Of a DNA stretch of 32,945 nt, positions 15,249-23,210 are shown piece by piece. Origin of the DNA: a virus; IMG/VR virus record IMGVR_UViG_3300045988_123769, positions 1 through 32,945 of that record; one strand, given 5' to 3'. The notes under the pieces are model-generated. The model saw nothing but the letters and a program-made list of their open reading frames with translations. It searched no databases and had not been told where the DNA came from. Every line of letters starts with the position of its first letter. Position 1 is the stretch's first letter. Position numbers and translations under genes: made by a program.

Positions 15249-16949
15249 TTATATCATGTTTTCATAATCTGTTTTTTTATCTTGCAGCACTACATATGCA
15301 TCAAGCAGCGCCATAAAGCCGTCAATTCGCCGCGTCGGTCGAGACGTTTTGCACGGGCGGATATTAGCGTTTTTATCCTCTTCGTATGCTACATTGCTAA
15401 AATTCCACTTATCCAGCGGGTTGTCATTATAGACTATAAGCTTTGCAGCCAAATCCGCGCCAAGTGATTTCATCGGCGCGGACAGGGTTTTATATCCCTG
15501 TATCACAGGCACCATGCTTTCTGCCCCAAAGTGCCCCCGCATTTCTTCGACAAAATATGTTGCGCTCCAACTGTCGTAGCCAATCCACGGTATGTAGATG
15601 TCGTTCTGCTCCTGCTGCTCCACAAACCAGTCAACTACGTCGTGCGCATATACCTTATTGCCCGCACATGTGCGCATAAGCCCGCGCTCTATCCACACAT
15701 CATATGGGATTTTATCTTCGCGGACGCGCTTTTCTATTAAGTCTTCCGGCAGCCAATACATAGACTTGACGTATATGTGCGGGTCGCCCCGCACTTGGAA
15801 GATTACCTTTGCCGCCGTCAAGTCGGTAGTGCTCGACAAGTCCACGCCGCCTATACCGTAGCGCGGTTTAAGCTGTGCCAAGTCGTAGGTTGTTCTGTTT
15901 TCAACTTCTTCAAACGTCAGCCACGCTTCGGATGTTGTTTCGGGTATATTAAATTCTTTGCATACCAGATTTTTAACAAGCCCCGGGTTGTCCTTCGCGC
16001 GCTCGACCTTTCGGGCGAGCGTTTCATAATTCTTTATTGTGCCAAGTCCGGGGTTGGCCTTCTTCCAGCAGCTGGGGTCAGTCCACTCTGCCCGTTTATC
16101 CAGTTCATATACAAAAGCTATCATTGTTTCATCGTGATAGCCCGTTGGGTCGTCGTATCCGTTTATGACGCGGCGCGCCTCGTCGTATTTCTGGTCGTAT
16201 ATATCCTCGCGCACGGTTCCCGCCGTTGTCGTTATGATGTTCAGCGGTTGTTCGCGCGCGCTGTTGCCGTCGATTACTACGTCATACAGTTCCTTGCCGC
16301 GCTTCCATGCGGCAAGCTCGTCCATTATGCTCCCGTGGACGTTCAGACCGTCCAGCGTATCGCTATCGGACGCAAGCGGGCGGAATGTGGCTTCGTTAAA
16401 ATCTGCTACCATTTCGCCCACAAGCGGGCGCACCCGTCGCAGTAGCACAGGCGACTTTTTCACCATGCGTTTTGCTTCCAGCCACACAATTTTAGCTTGG
16501 TCTCGCGTGGTAGCCACGGCGTACACATCTGCACCAGCTTCGCCGTCCGCAAGCATAAGGTATAGCCCGATAGCGGACGCAAGTAAACTCTTACCGTTTT
16601 TGCGGCCTATAATCAAAATGGCCTCGCGGTATTTTCGGTTGCCTTCAATGTCCACAAAGCCAAATACGGTTGACAAAAAAGCTTTTTCCCAAAGTTCGAG
16701 CTGTATTTTCTGCCCGCCCAGTTTGCCCTTGCTGTGTCGGCAGTAGTTTTGTACAAAGTCTATGACATGCTGGGCGCGCTTGGGGTCGTAATAGTATTCG
16801 CTGTTTTTGCTGTCAAGGTCAGCTACCACCTTCTTGTACGTTCGCCTTACCTTGTCGCTTACAATTTCCTCCCCGCTTTCGATTTTCGCGTAGTATTCTC
16901 GGATAGGGTTAGCGGCTGCTGACAAACGCCTCGAAGCCATCATCATCAC
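15249..16949 (-). CDS. terL: Terminase large subunit
   Basis: 566 aa. Walker A-like IIGRKNGKSLLAS and a Terminase_1-type layout. Confidence 0.9.
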   Translation of the reverse strand: MMMMASRRLSAAANPIREYYAKIESGEEIVSDKVRRTYKKVVADLDSKNSEYYYDPKRAQHVIDFVQNYCRHSKGKLGGQKIQLELWEKAFLSTVFGFVDIEGNRKYREAILIIGRKNGKSLLASAIGLYLMLADGEAGADVYAVATTRDQAKIVWLEAKRMVKKSPVLLRRVRPLVGEMVADFNEATFRPLASDSDTLDGLNVHGSIMDELAAWKRGKELYDVVIDGNSAREQPLNIITTTAGTVREDIYDQKYDEARRVINGYDDPTGYHDETMIAFVYELDKRAEWTDPSCWKKANPGLGTIKNYETLARKVERAKDNPGLVKNLVCKEFNIPETTSEAWLTFEEVENRTTYDLAQLKPRYGIGGVDLSSTTDLTAAKVIFQVRGDPHIYVKSMYWLPEDLIEKRVREDKIPYDVWIERGLMRTCAGNKVYAHDVVDWFVEQQEQNDIYIPWIGYDSWSATYFVEEMRGHFGAESMVPVIQGYKTLSAPMKSLGADLAAKLIVYNDNPLDKWNFSNVAYEEDKNANIRPCKTSRPTRRIDGFMALLDAYVVLQDKKTDYENMI

Positions 16950-17262
16950 CGCCCTTGGTGCCCAGTTCCTTTATCAGTTTGACGATTCCGTCTGCCGTTC
17001 GCGTTGCGCTGTCGGCATGCTTCGGCAGCTCTTTTATCAGCGGGTGAGCGTATAGGTTTTCTCGTCCCTTGACGTATTCCTTTGATACGGCAGCGTCTGA
17101 GTTATTCAGTTCCTCACGTATCATTGATATTACACGCTGCTGTACGGCATACATTTCTATTTGTGATATTAGCAGCGGGTTTTCTTCCAGCCCATACGTT
17201 TTCGCAAGGGCGCGCAGTTCTTCCACGCCGACTTCCTTGCTCTTCTTTTTCCTTCCCGCCAT
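16909..17262 (-). CDS. terS: Terminase small subunit (P27-family-like)
   Basis: Start moved to MAGRKKKSKE (AAGGAGA SD). It lies directly upstream of terL and overlaps it. Confidence 0.7.
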   Translation of the reverse strand: MAGRKKKSKEVGVEELRALAKTYGLEENPLLISQIEMYAVQQRVISMIREELNNSDAAVSKEYVKGRENLYAHPLIKELPKHADSATRTADGIVKLIKELGTKGGDDDGFEAFVSSR

Positions 17263-17358
17263 GTTATTCCATCTCCTTCTATCTTCCAAAAATTCCATGC
17301 ACGACTCGCGTATTATTCGTATCTGGGGCGCACGGTATCGCCCACCCCACTCCGCGGA

Positions 17359-17664
17359 TCAGGATAGGGGAAGGGTCACTGTCCTGCCGTCCGGCATTAT
17401 CACGCTCGGCTGCGTCTTGCCATGCACCTTGTTGTGGCAGTCTTGGCAAAGATACATCAGATTGTCGTGATTAAGCGCCACGTCCGCGTCCGTAATGTTT
17501 TGTGGGTCAAGCTCCTGCTTGTGATGCACTATGTATCCCTGCGCCTCGTGGCACAGTTGGCATCGCCCTCCGTCTATCGCTATGCGCTCGGATATAAAAG
17601 AGGCGCGGCATTGTCGCCACGCCTTATGGGTGTAAAAGCCCTTGGTATACTCTTTAGCCATCAA
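17359..17664 (-). CDS. HNH endonuclease
   Basis: CQLCHE...IVHHK...NHDNLMYLCQDCHNKVH motifs. The position next to the terminase genes is typical of HK97-like cos phages. Confidence 0.85.
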   Translation of the reverse strand: MMAKEYTKGFYTHKAWRQCRASFISERIAIDGGRCQLCHEAQGYIVHHKQELDPQNITDADVALNHDNLMYLCQDCHNKVHGKTQPSVIMPDGRTVTLPLS

Positions 17665-18197
17665 TCTCCCTGCGCCATCACAATGGCCGCTGTCGCTATA
17701 TCGTCGTCAATGTCTATGACGTTCGCCGTGTCCCCGCGGCTGCAATTCCACGCGGCTATAATTTGCGGCTCGCCGCCATCCGATTCGTTTAATACGACTA
17801 TTGTTATTTGTTCAATGTCACCGTATTTGTCCACGCCATAATGCGCTATAAGGATATCAGCAATCTTTTTCTTAACGCTTTGCTTAAATTTTGCATCCGG
17901 GCTTGCGAGCGTGTACACCACAAGATTGTCCGTATCATCTATGTACCCCGCCACGCCAAAGGAGCTGATAATGTCGTCATATACGTCCGTCCCCTTGCCC
18001 GTGTGCGCAATCGCGTTAATCATAAGTGCTGCCACCAGCACGCACAAGACGATAAACCACGCTTGCTTGTATATCGGCTTTTTTGCCTTCGGTGGCTTCC
18101 CCTCACGCTCGCGCTGGATTTGCTCCGCGCACTCTTTGCAGTATCCGCTTTTACTTATCCATTCCGTTTCCTTGCCGCAATTCTTGCAGTAAGCCAT
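17661..18197 (-). CDS. Membrane protein with N-terminal zinc ribbon (CKNC...CKEC) and one TM segment
   Basis: Start moved to MAYCKNCGK (AGGAGGG SD). TM segment WFIVLCVLVAALMINAI. Confidence 0.5.
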   Translation of the reverse strand: MAYCKNCGKETEWISKSGYCKECAEQIQREREGKPPKAKKPIYKQAWFIVLCVLVAALMINAIAHTGKGTDVYDDIISSFGVAGYIDDTDNLVVYTLASPDAKFKQSVKKKIADILIAHYGVDKYGDIEQITIVVLNESDGGEPQIIAAWNCSRGDTANVIDIDDDIATAAIVMAQGD

Positions 18198-18256
18198 CCG
18201 TCCTGCCCTCCTGAATAATATGATACTCAAACGATACCATACAAGCCGCCACGGTG

Positions 18257-18382
18257 TCAACGACTTTTGCCCCTCCTTGCCGGATACGGGCATTCCTTTA
18301 CCCCGCACCGCCGCTTGCCCTTGTCATAGTGCTTGCACTCTTTACAGGTGGCGGGTGTGTGTATCCACTTTATAGGCTCCAT
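18257..18382 (-). CDS. Small Cys-rich protein (41 aa)
   Basis: Internal ATG with a GGAG SD. Sequence contains CKECKHYDKGKRRCGVKEC. Confidence 0.3.
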   Translation of the reverse strand: MEPIKWIHTPATCKECKHYDKGKRRCGVKECPYPARRGKSR

Positions 18383-18470
18383 ATTCACTCCACGCAAAAA
18401 GGCTCCCATGCGGAAGCCCTTTTTTGATGATATCAGTATAGCATATAAATCGTGTTGTATCGTGTTGACT

Positions 18471-18965
18471 TTATGGGGCAATGCGATTTATCAGCCGCTC
18501 CACGCCGTGCCGTTCTAAAGCCTTTGCCCAATCCTGCGACACGTGCATTCGCTGCGCCACCTTTTCCCAGTACCCGCTTTTAGCCACGCCATACTCCACA
18601 TACCTAAGCTTTATCACCTCGCACTCCAGCGGCGGCAGACACATCACCTCAAATTCTATCATGCTCGCGTGATAATTCAGCTCTTGCAGTTCGGCTTCAA
18701 GGCGCTGCTTTTTTCGTTCGAGCCGCTTTATCTCGCGCGCGGCCTTTAGCGCCGCGTTATATGTGGCATCAGATACCCCGCTGCCGTGCGGCATACCCGT
18801 TAGCATTTGAGGGTGAAGGTCGTACTGGCTTTCAATCTCTTCGTCCACCGTCACAAGCTGCCGCTCCTTGTCCGTGCGCGTGCGTTCTGCGTTGCCCCAG
18901 TACATCAGCAGCCGCCTTACTGCCGCGCGTTCATTTTGTCTCTTTTCTTTGTCGCTTTTATCCAT
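18471..18965 (-). CDS. Late-gene transcriptional activator, sigma-70 region-4-like (RinA/ArpU/DUF1492 class)
   Basis: It has the GMPHGSGVSDAT motif, followed by LPPLECEVIKLRYVEYG...VAQRMHVSQDWAKALERHG, which looks like an HTH. It sits upstream of the packaging genes. Start moved to MDKSDKEK. Confidence 0.6.
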   Translation of the reverse strand: MDKSDKEKRQNERAAVRRLLMYWGNAERTRTDKERQLVTVDEEIESQYDLHPQMLTGMPHGSGVSDATYNAALKAAREIKRLERKKQRLEAELQELNYHASMIEFEVMCLPPLECEVIKLRYVEYGVAKSGYWEKVAQRMHVSQDWAKALERHGVERLINRIAP

Positions 18966-19085
18966 CCTACTGCCTCGCCTGATTTTTCGCAAAAATCGAA
19001 ATTTTTTTGTTCCGTTGAGGGGCCCGCGGTACGGGCCGCCACGGCGCAGGGATTTTGATACCCCCTCCCGCCGCGGCATCATCGT

Positions 19086-19961
19086 CTATCCCCGCACAAA
19101 TTCTGGGCACTGCCGCACATGGTACGATTGCGTCGGCTTGTCGCTGTATAGCCGCGTCTCGTCTGCGTCCCAACCCTTGACGGGCTTAAAGCTCCTGCTC
19201 CATGCGCACCCGCGCTTGCCCGACTTGTCCGGCACGGCATTGGCGCAAGACCAGCACAGTGTCTGGGAGTATAGGGTTTTCTCGCAAGGGCTTGCGCCGT
19301 CATAATACTTATGCGCATCGCCTGTCGGCGCGCGGAGCGCCAAGTGCGCCATCATCCTGCGCAAGGTCGCGGTAGTCACGCCGATATGCTCGGCAATATC
19401 CGTCCATTTCTCCCCCTGCTCGCGCATCTGCTTCACATCTTCCCAGCCTGGCCAGTCAGGGTCAAGCATGGCATTCAATCTGTCGTATCTGCTGGGGCCG
19501 ATGGCAATGCCACGCCTGCCCGCACGCTTTTGCAGCGTCGGGCCACTTATGCCATACGGCTCCGCGATATCGCCCCATGTCTTGCCTGCCTCACGCTGCT
19601 TGCACACGTCATCCCAGTCCACTGGTGTCAGTGTGGGTTTACGCACTAAGCGCGTATCTATGCCATGCTCTTGCGCGTAGCTGTGTAGTCGGTCGCGCGA
19701 TACATGATACTTTGCGGTTATGTCAGCCCATTTCATGCCCTCCGTGCGCAAACGCTGTATATCCTCTATGGACGGCAGCGGATTATAATCTGTGCGCCTT
19801 GGTATATCCACGCCCGCAAGCCTTGCATACTTTGCCAGTGTGGCACCCGTTATGCCGTACAGCTCGCCCACTTGGTCAAGATTCGCGCCTTGCTCGCGCT
19901 GCCGCTTGATATCCTCCCAGTCCGCCGCGGTAATGTCATCCAGTTTTTGTATTTTTTTCAT
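19086..19961 (-). CDS. DNA-binding protein with four tandem HTH repeats and a C-terminal Cys-rich (zinc-finger-like) domain
   Basis: There are four repeats of about 50 aa with the pattern W(E/D)D(I/V)..(Q/L)R..G..W.DIA..YG(I/V)...TL. The C-terminus reads CWSCANAV...GCAWSRSFKPVKGW...SYHVRQCPEF. Start moved to MKKIQKLDD. Confidence 0.6.
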   Translation of the reverse strand: MKKIQKLDDITAADWEDIKRQREQGANLDQVGELYGITGATLAKYARLAGVDIPRRTDYNPLPSIEDIQRLRTEGMKWADITAKYHVSRDRLHSYAQEHGIDTRLVRKPTLTPVDWDDVCKQREAGKTWGDIAEPYGISGPTLQKRAGRRGIAIGPSRYDRLNAMLDPDWPGWEDVKQMREQGEKWTDIAEHIGVTTATLRRMMAHLALRAPTGDAHKYYDGASPCEKTLYSQTLCWSCANAVPDKSGKRGCAWSRSFKPVKGWDADETRLYSDKPTQSYHVRQCPEFVRG

Positions 19962-19975
19962 GCGTCTCCCCCTGC

Positions 19976-20104
19976 TCATGTCAGCGGCTTGCCGTCTGCA
20001 TCCACCATCACGCATACGCCGCCGCTATATACGCGCAAATACTGCACGCCCGTTAAGGTTATAATCAGCAGGGCTAACATTGCCATCGCTATTGCTCGTT
20101 TCAT
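19976..20104 (-). CDS. Small membrane/signal-peptide protein (42 aa)
   Basis: I translated it as MKRAIAMAMLALLIITLTGVQYLRVYSGGVCVMVDADGKPLT. It has an ATGA overlap with the upstream gene. It is not in the supplied ORF track because it is under 60 aa. Confidence 0.4.
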   Translation of the reverse strand: MKRAIAMAMLALLIITLTGVQYLRVYSGGVCVMVDADGKPLT

Positions 20105-20448
20105 TTTTCTGCCTCCATCTCCAAGCACATCTTTTCGCATTCATTTGTGACAAAGTCGTCAACCGCCTTGTAGAATTCTTCACCTTTCCCCGTTAGCCCC
20201 GTAACAAGTTTTTTTAGTTCTGGCTCGGTAAAAGCGTTTGTAGCCTTACCCATCACATATAGCACTCCCGCAAGTACATCGTACTCGCGTAGCTTCTTTT
20301 CCACGTCCGGCACTATACAATCCTTGATATTTTCCCTTATCACGGGCAACGGCACATGTCCGCGCTCGTTTAGCTCTTTCAGTTCGTTATCGTTTTCATC
20401 AAACGTATACATTGCAAGCAGTTTGTCTGCATCTGCGTACTGTGTCAT
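20101..20448 (-). CDS. Hypothetical protein (115 aa, acidic)
   Basis: GGAGGA SD, translationally coupled to the methyltransferase gene. Confidence 0.6.
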   Translation of the reverse strand: MTQYADADKLLAMYTFDENDNELKELNERGHVPLPVIRENIKDCIVPDVEKKLREYDVLAGVLYVMGKATNAFTEPELKKLVTGLTGKGEEFYKAVDDFVTNECEKMCLEMEAEK

Positions 20449-20963
20449 GTGTCCTCCTTGAAATCTTTCAGCTTGTCCTTTTTGTAGTCATTGCGGCACC
20501 TGCTACATTCACCAGACATTTCTTTTTTACCGTTGTTATAGATAACTACCATTGAAGGGAAGGGCGCGGGATCGGCGGCGTTCCCGTTGTCGTCCGTGAA
20601 CCGTAGCCGCCCGCGCACGAAGCGGACTTCCGCTTTCCCGTAAATGTAATCGTGAAAATATGCTGTGTCTGTCCGCGCTGGGATAAGTAAAACAATCGGA
20701 TACCCCCCCCGCGCTTCCTCGAAGGCCTTTTGAACCCACTTGCCGATCTCGCGTCCGTAAGGCGGATTGCAGAATACCGCGCCGCCGCGATCCCAGCTTT
20801 GTGAAAGCCCGTCCGTTTCCGGCGTGTAGTACAAAGGACATTTCGCCGTTTTGTCGGTCGCCGCTGGGTCAAGCACAAAACCAAATTCGGCGTCCAATTC
20901 ATCAAAGAAGTCTTGCGGCGTACACCAGCACATATTTTTAGAGGACAGCAGCGCCGCATTCAT
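20445..20963 (-). CDS. DNA N6-adenine methyltransferase (phage Dam-like, orphan)
   Basis: FCNPPYG catalytic motif with the surrounding pattern DPAA...YYTPE...W...VFCNPPYGREI..W. No restriction partner is present. Confidence 0.85.
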   Translation of the reverse strand: MNAALLSSKNMCWCTPQDFFDELDAEFGFVLDPAATDKTAKCPLYYTPETDGLSQSWDRGGAVFCNPPYGREIGKWVQKAFEEARGGYPIVLLIPARTDTAYFHDYIYGKAEVRFVRGRLRFTDDNGNAADPAPFPSMVVIYNNGKKEMSGECSRCRNDYKKDKLKDFKEDT

Positions 20964-21013
20964 TCGTTTTTCCTTCTTGCTTCCTCGGCATATTTGCGTA
21001 CTGTGTCATATCG

Positions 21014-21205
21014 TTACCTCCAGCGTTGCCCTTTGGGGTATTTTAACTTTTGTCCTCGATTTCTTCCCACAGGCGGTCGTGCTTCACCGCTCTGAATAAC
21101 TATTTCCTGCTCCGGTGTTAAATTGGGGCCAGCCCACACTTTCAGCAAAAGCTGCGTCATGCGAAAGTTCTCAACGAATGCGTCAACGTCTATATACTTA
21201 CTCAT
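21014..21205 (-). CDS. Hypothetical protein (63 aa)
   Basis: GGAGGA SD. The C-terminal half looks low in complexity or possibly degraded. Confidence 0.4.
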   Translation of the reverse strand: MSKYIDVDAFVENFRMTQLLLKVWAGPNLTPEQEIVIQSGEARPPVGRNRGQKLKYPKGQRWR

Positions 21206-21480
21206 TGCTTTTCCTCCTTTGGCGGCATTTTACCAATTTGGATTCCTGCGTAGTCCACATCATTTAATAGATATTTATCCCGCAAATATTCAGCCATTTC
21301 TTGCAAGCAAGCGGGGCATAAATGTACAGGGATTAACAGTGGTGTCGGTCTGCTGCCATCGCAAGGGATAAACCAGCCGGGCAATACTGCCTTCCCCAAT
21401 TCTGCTTTTTCGCACTGAAGCTGAAATTCCCGATTACACATATCACATTTTTGAAAATATCTTGCTACTACCTTACTCAT
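21202..21480 (-). CDS. Hypothetical Cys-containing protein (CDMC...CPAC)
   Basis: 92 aa, AAGGAGGA SD, possible zinc ribbon. Confidence 0.55.
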   Translation of the reverse strand: MSKVVARYFQKCDMCNREFQLQCEKAELGKAVLPGWFIPCDGSRPTPLLIPVHLCPACLQEMAEYLRDKYLLNDVDYAGIQIGKMPPKEEKQ

Positions 21481-21483
21481 GGA

Positions 21484-21771
21484 TTAGTCCTCCTTCGGCG
21501 GCTTCGGCAACGGCATCCAATGTGAAATGTAAGAGGAATCAGATGATAAATCATCAAGCCCGATTAGGGCATTTAGGTGCATTGAGATATCGTCAATCCC
21601 GATACTCCAGATTTTTTGCGTCGTGTCAAATTGCGCAATAGTCGTACAGCATCGGTCATACGATTCCCCAAAAATATCAGTTCCGTAATGCCAAATTGTT
21701 ACGATGCACTCAACATATATGCTTTCGCCATCGCGCTCCGGCAACCTATCTTTAACGCTTATCCATTCCAT
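21484..21771 (-). CDS. DUF551-like protein
   Basis: It starts MEWISVKDRLPE and ends SHWMPLPKPPKED, the characteristic DUF551 termini. Confidence 0.7.
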   Translation of the reverse strand: MEWISVKDRLPERDGESIYVECIVTIWHYGTDIFGESYDRCCTTIAQFDTTQKIWSIGIDDISMHLNALIGLDDLSSDSSYISHWMPLPKPPKED

Positions 21772-21774
21772 TCT

Positions 21775-22005
21775 TTAATCCTCCTCACAATACCGCACTC
21801 CTGCGGCTTCCAAAGCTTCACAATTTTCATCGTACACGCCCGCCGGAGCTTCAAAGTCGCGGCGCATTATGTATGTGTGTACCATGATAAAATCCAGCAA
21901 AGAGTCGCAATAATCGCAGTACATGCACTTCGCCTTGCCCCGTGATTCCGCCGCAACGTACAGCCCCGAATCATGCGAATCGTCCGTGCAAAAATATAAA
22001 TTCAT
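21775..22005 (-). CDS. Hypothetical protein (76 aa)
   Basis: ATGA overlap with the upstream clamp-like gene. Confidence 0.5.
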   Translation of the reverse strand: MNLYFCTDDSHDSGLYVAAESRGKAKCMYCDYCDSLLDFIMVHTYIMRRDFEAPAGVYDENCEALEAAGVRYCEED

Positions 22006-22586
22006 GCCTTCGTTCCCTCCTTCGGTGGTTCAGGATGTATCCGCATGGCCATCATCAGTTTTATATCTTCCTTGTTAGTCCTCAGAATAATAGGCTCTGA
22101 CGTCCCCCTGATCTCCAGCGTTATGCACTGCGAATGCTTACCGCCGCACGATATTTTTGCCGCCCGTAATGCGCTTAATAGCAAGTCACCGTTAAATGCA
22201 ATCTTATAGCGCACATCACTTCGGGGGACTACCTTTCCCCAGTCAAAACCTTCTATGGCAGGCTGTACATAGCCGTATATAAGCCCTTCGCAGTACACAT
22301 TAAGAATGTCGCCCTGCAATTCGATTTGTGCATACACGTCTTTGCGTGACGGCAATTTTATATTACCCTCAGTGTATGCGATAAAATCTTCGTCACACTC
22401 GTCCAACGCGGCGTTTTCAACGGCCATTCTAAAGCTGTCCATCGCAACCGCAGTTACACGCTTGTTTTTTGCGCTAAATTCCAGCTTGATACGCCTATAC
22501 AGCGGCCTTTCGCCGTGTACATCAACAAATGCTTTCGTTGCCGCAATAATGCGGTTAAATTCCCTTGTGTTAATTATCGCTTTCAT
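22002..22586 (-). CDS. Half-size DNA polymerase III beta-clamp-like protein (194 aa)
   Basis: MKAIINTREFNRIIAATKAF, EGFDWGKVVP, IAFNGDLLLSALRAA and PIILRTN...LMMAMRI line up by eye with conserved DnaN segments. The protein is only about half the usual length. Confidence 0.55.
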   Translation of the reverse strand: MKAIINTREFNRIIAATKAFVDVHGERPLYRRIKLEFSAKNKRVTAVAMDSFRMAVENAALDECDEDFIAYTEGNIKLPSRKDVYAQIELQGDILNVYCEGLIYGYVQPAIEGFDWGKVVPRSDVRYKIAFNGDLLLSALRAAKISCGGKHSQCITLEIRGTSEPIILRTNKEDIKLMMAMRIHPEPPKEGTKA

Positions 22587-22746
22587 TTCAGATACTCCTT
22601 TATCGTCCTAATTGCTTCCTCTGCGCCCCTGCAAACAACGGCCTTATAGCCTTGCTCCGCAAGCGCGGTTATCCAGCTTTTTTGCATCTCGCTCACCGTG
22701 CCGCCCTTTTGCCGCTTTAGCTCGATGTACAGGCCGTGATACCCGC
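22581..22746. repeat. 166-bp direct repeat, copy A (partner 24271-24436)
   Basis: My manual alignment gives 13 mismatches in 166 bp. The offset is exactly 1690 bp. Confidence 0.9.
22583..22746 (-). pseudogene. Remnant of the 3' third of a VRR-NUC gene (duplicate of 24273-24436)
   Basis: 92% identical to the 3' end of the intact VRR-NUC gene, with a 72-nt perfect core. It would encode [52 protein letters not shown] but has no start codon or N-terminal domain. Confidence 0.8.
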
Positions 22747-22881
22747 ATCATAGTAGTACCACCACTCCGGCAGCAGAATCCTTTCACGTATTTCGCCCCT
22801 AAATACCTGCCCGTCCCGTAGCAGTATGATTACGGGCTCTTTTTCTTCAGGCAATCTCTCTTTAACGCTTATCCAATCCAT
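22717..22881 (-). CDS. Truncated/chimeric DUF551-like ORF running into the VRR-NUC remnant out of frame
   Basis: It starts MDWISVKERLPEE with a GGGAGGA SD. It lacks the WMPLP end and terminates inside the duplicated segment. Confidence 0.45.
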   Translation of the reverse strand: MDWISVKERLPEEKEPVIILLRDGQVFRGEIRERILLPEWWYYYDAGITACTSS

Positions 22882-22883
22882 TT

Positions 22884-23207
22884 TTAATCCTCCCTTTCTA
22901 CGCATTTTTTCTCGCCGTTATTCTTATACCGTGATGCGTCGCCTTTGACTTTTAGTGTGATATCATCGATAGACATATCCATCATTGCTGCTATACCGCA
23001 CAATGCGGCGTACATTCGCCTTGCCTTCTGTAGGTTTTCGTCTTTTGGCTTGGGCGGCGGCGGTGTCTTTTTCAGCCGTTCCACTTTAGGGCGTATCATC
23101 GGGGCGGTATAGCTGTCCTTTATGCCCCTGTCGGCGTTGTATATCGCCGTATTTTCAGTTGGGCAAATATAGCCGCTGGCATTTGTGTAATCTCTTCGCG
23201 TTTTCAC
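22884..23207 (-). CDS. Hypothetical protein (107 aa) with a PPPPKPK linker
   Basis: ORF lies within the cassette bounded by the 166-bp repeats. Confidence 0.5.
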   Translation of the reverse strand: MKTRRDYTNASGYICPTENTAIYNADRGIKDSYTAPMIRPKVERLKKTPPPPKPKDENLQKARRMYAALCGIAAMMDMSIDDITLKVKGDASRYKNNGEKKCVERED

Positions 23208-23210
23208 TTT

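Noticed and set aside
20536-20959. Two additional minus-strand ORFs (101 and 137 aa) overlapping the methyltransferase gene in other frames.
   Set aside because: The frame with the DPAA...NPPYG methyltransferase motifs is clearly the real one. The others are Arg-rich alternative-frame artefacts.
21014-21205. A suspected frameshifted pseudogene. The C-terminal half of the 63-aa ORF looks unnatural, and an alternative frame reads ...KHDRLWEEIEDKS.
   Set aside because: The alternative frame is closed by a stop just upstream, so no single indel restores a longer protein. The evidence is insufficient either way.
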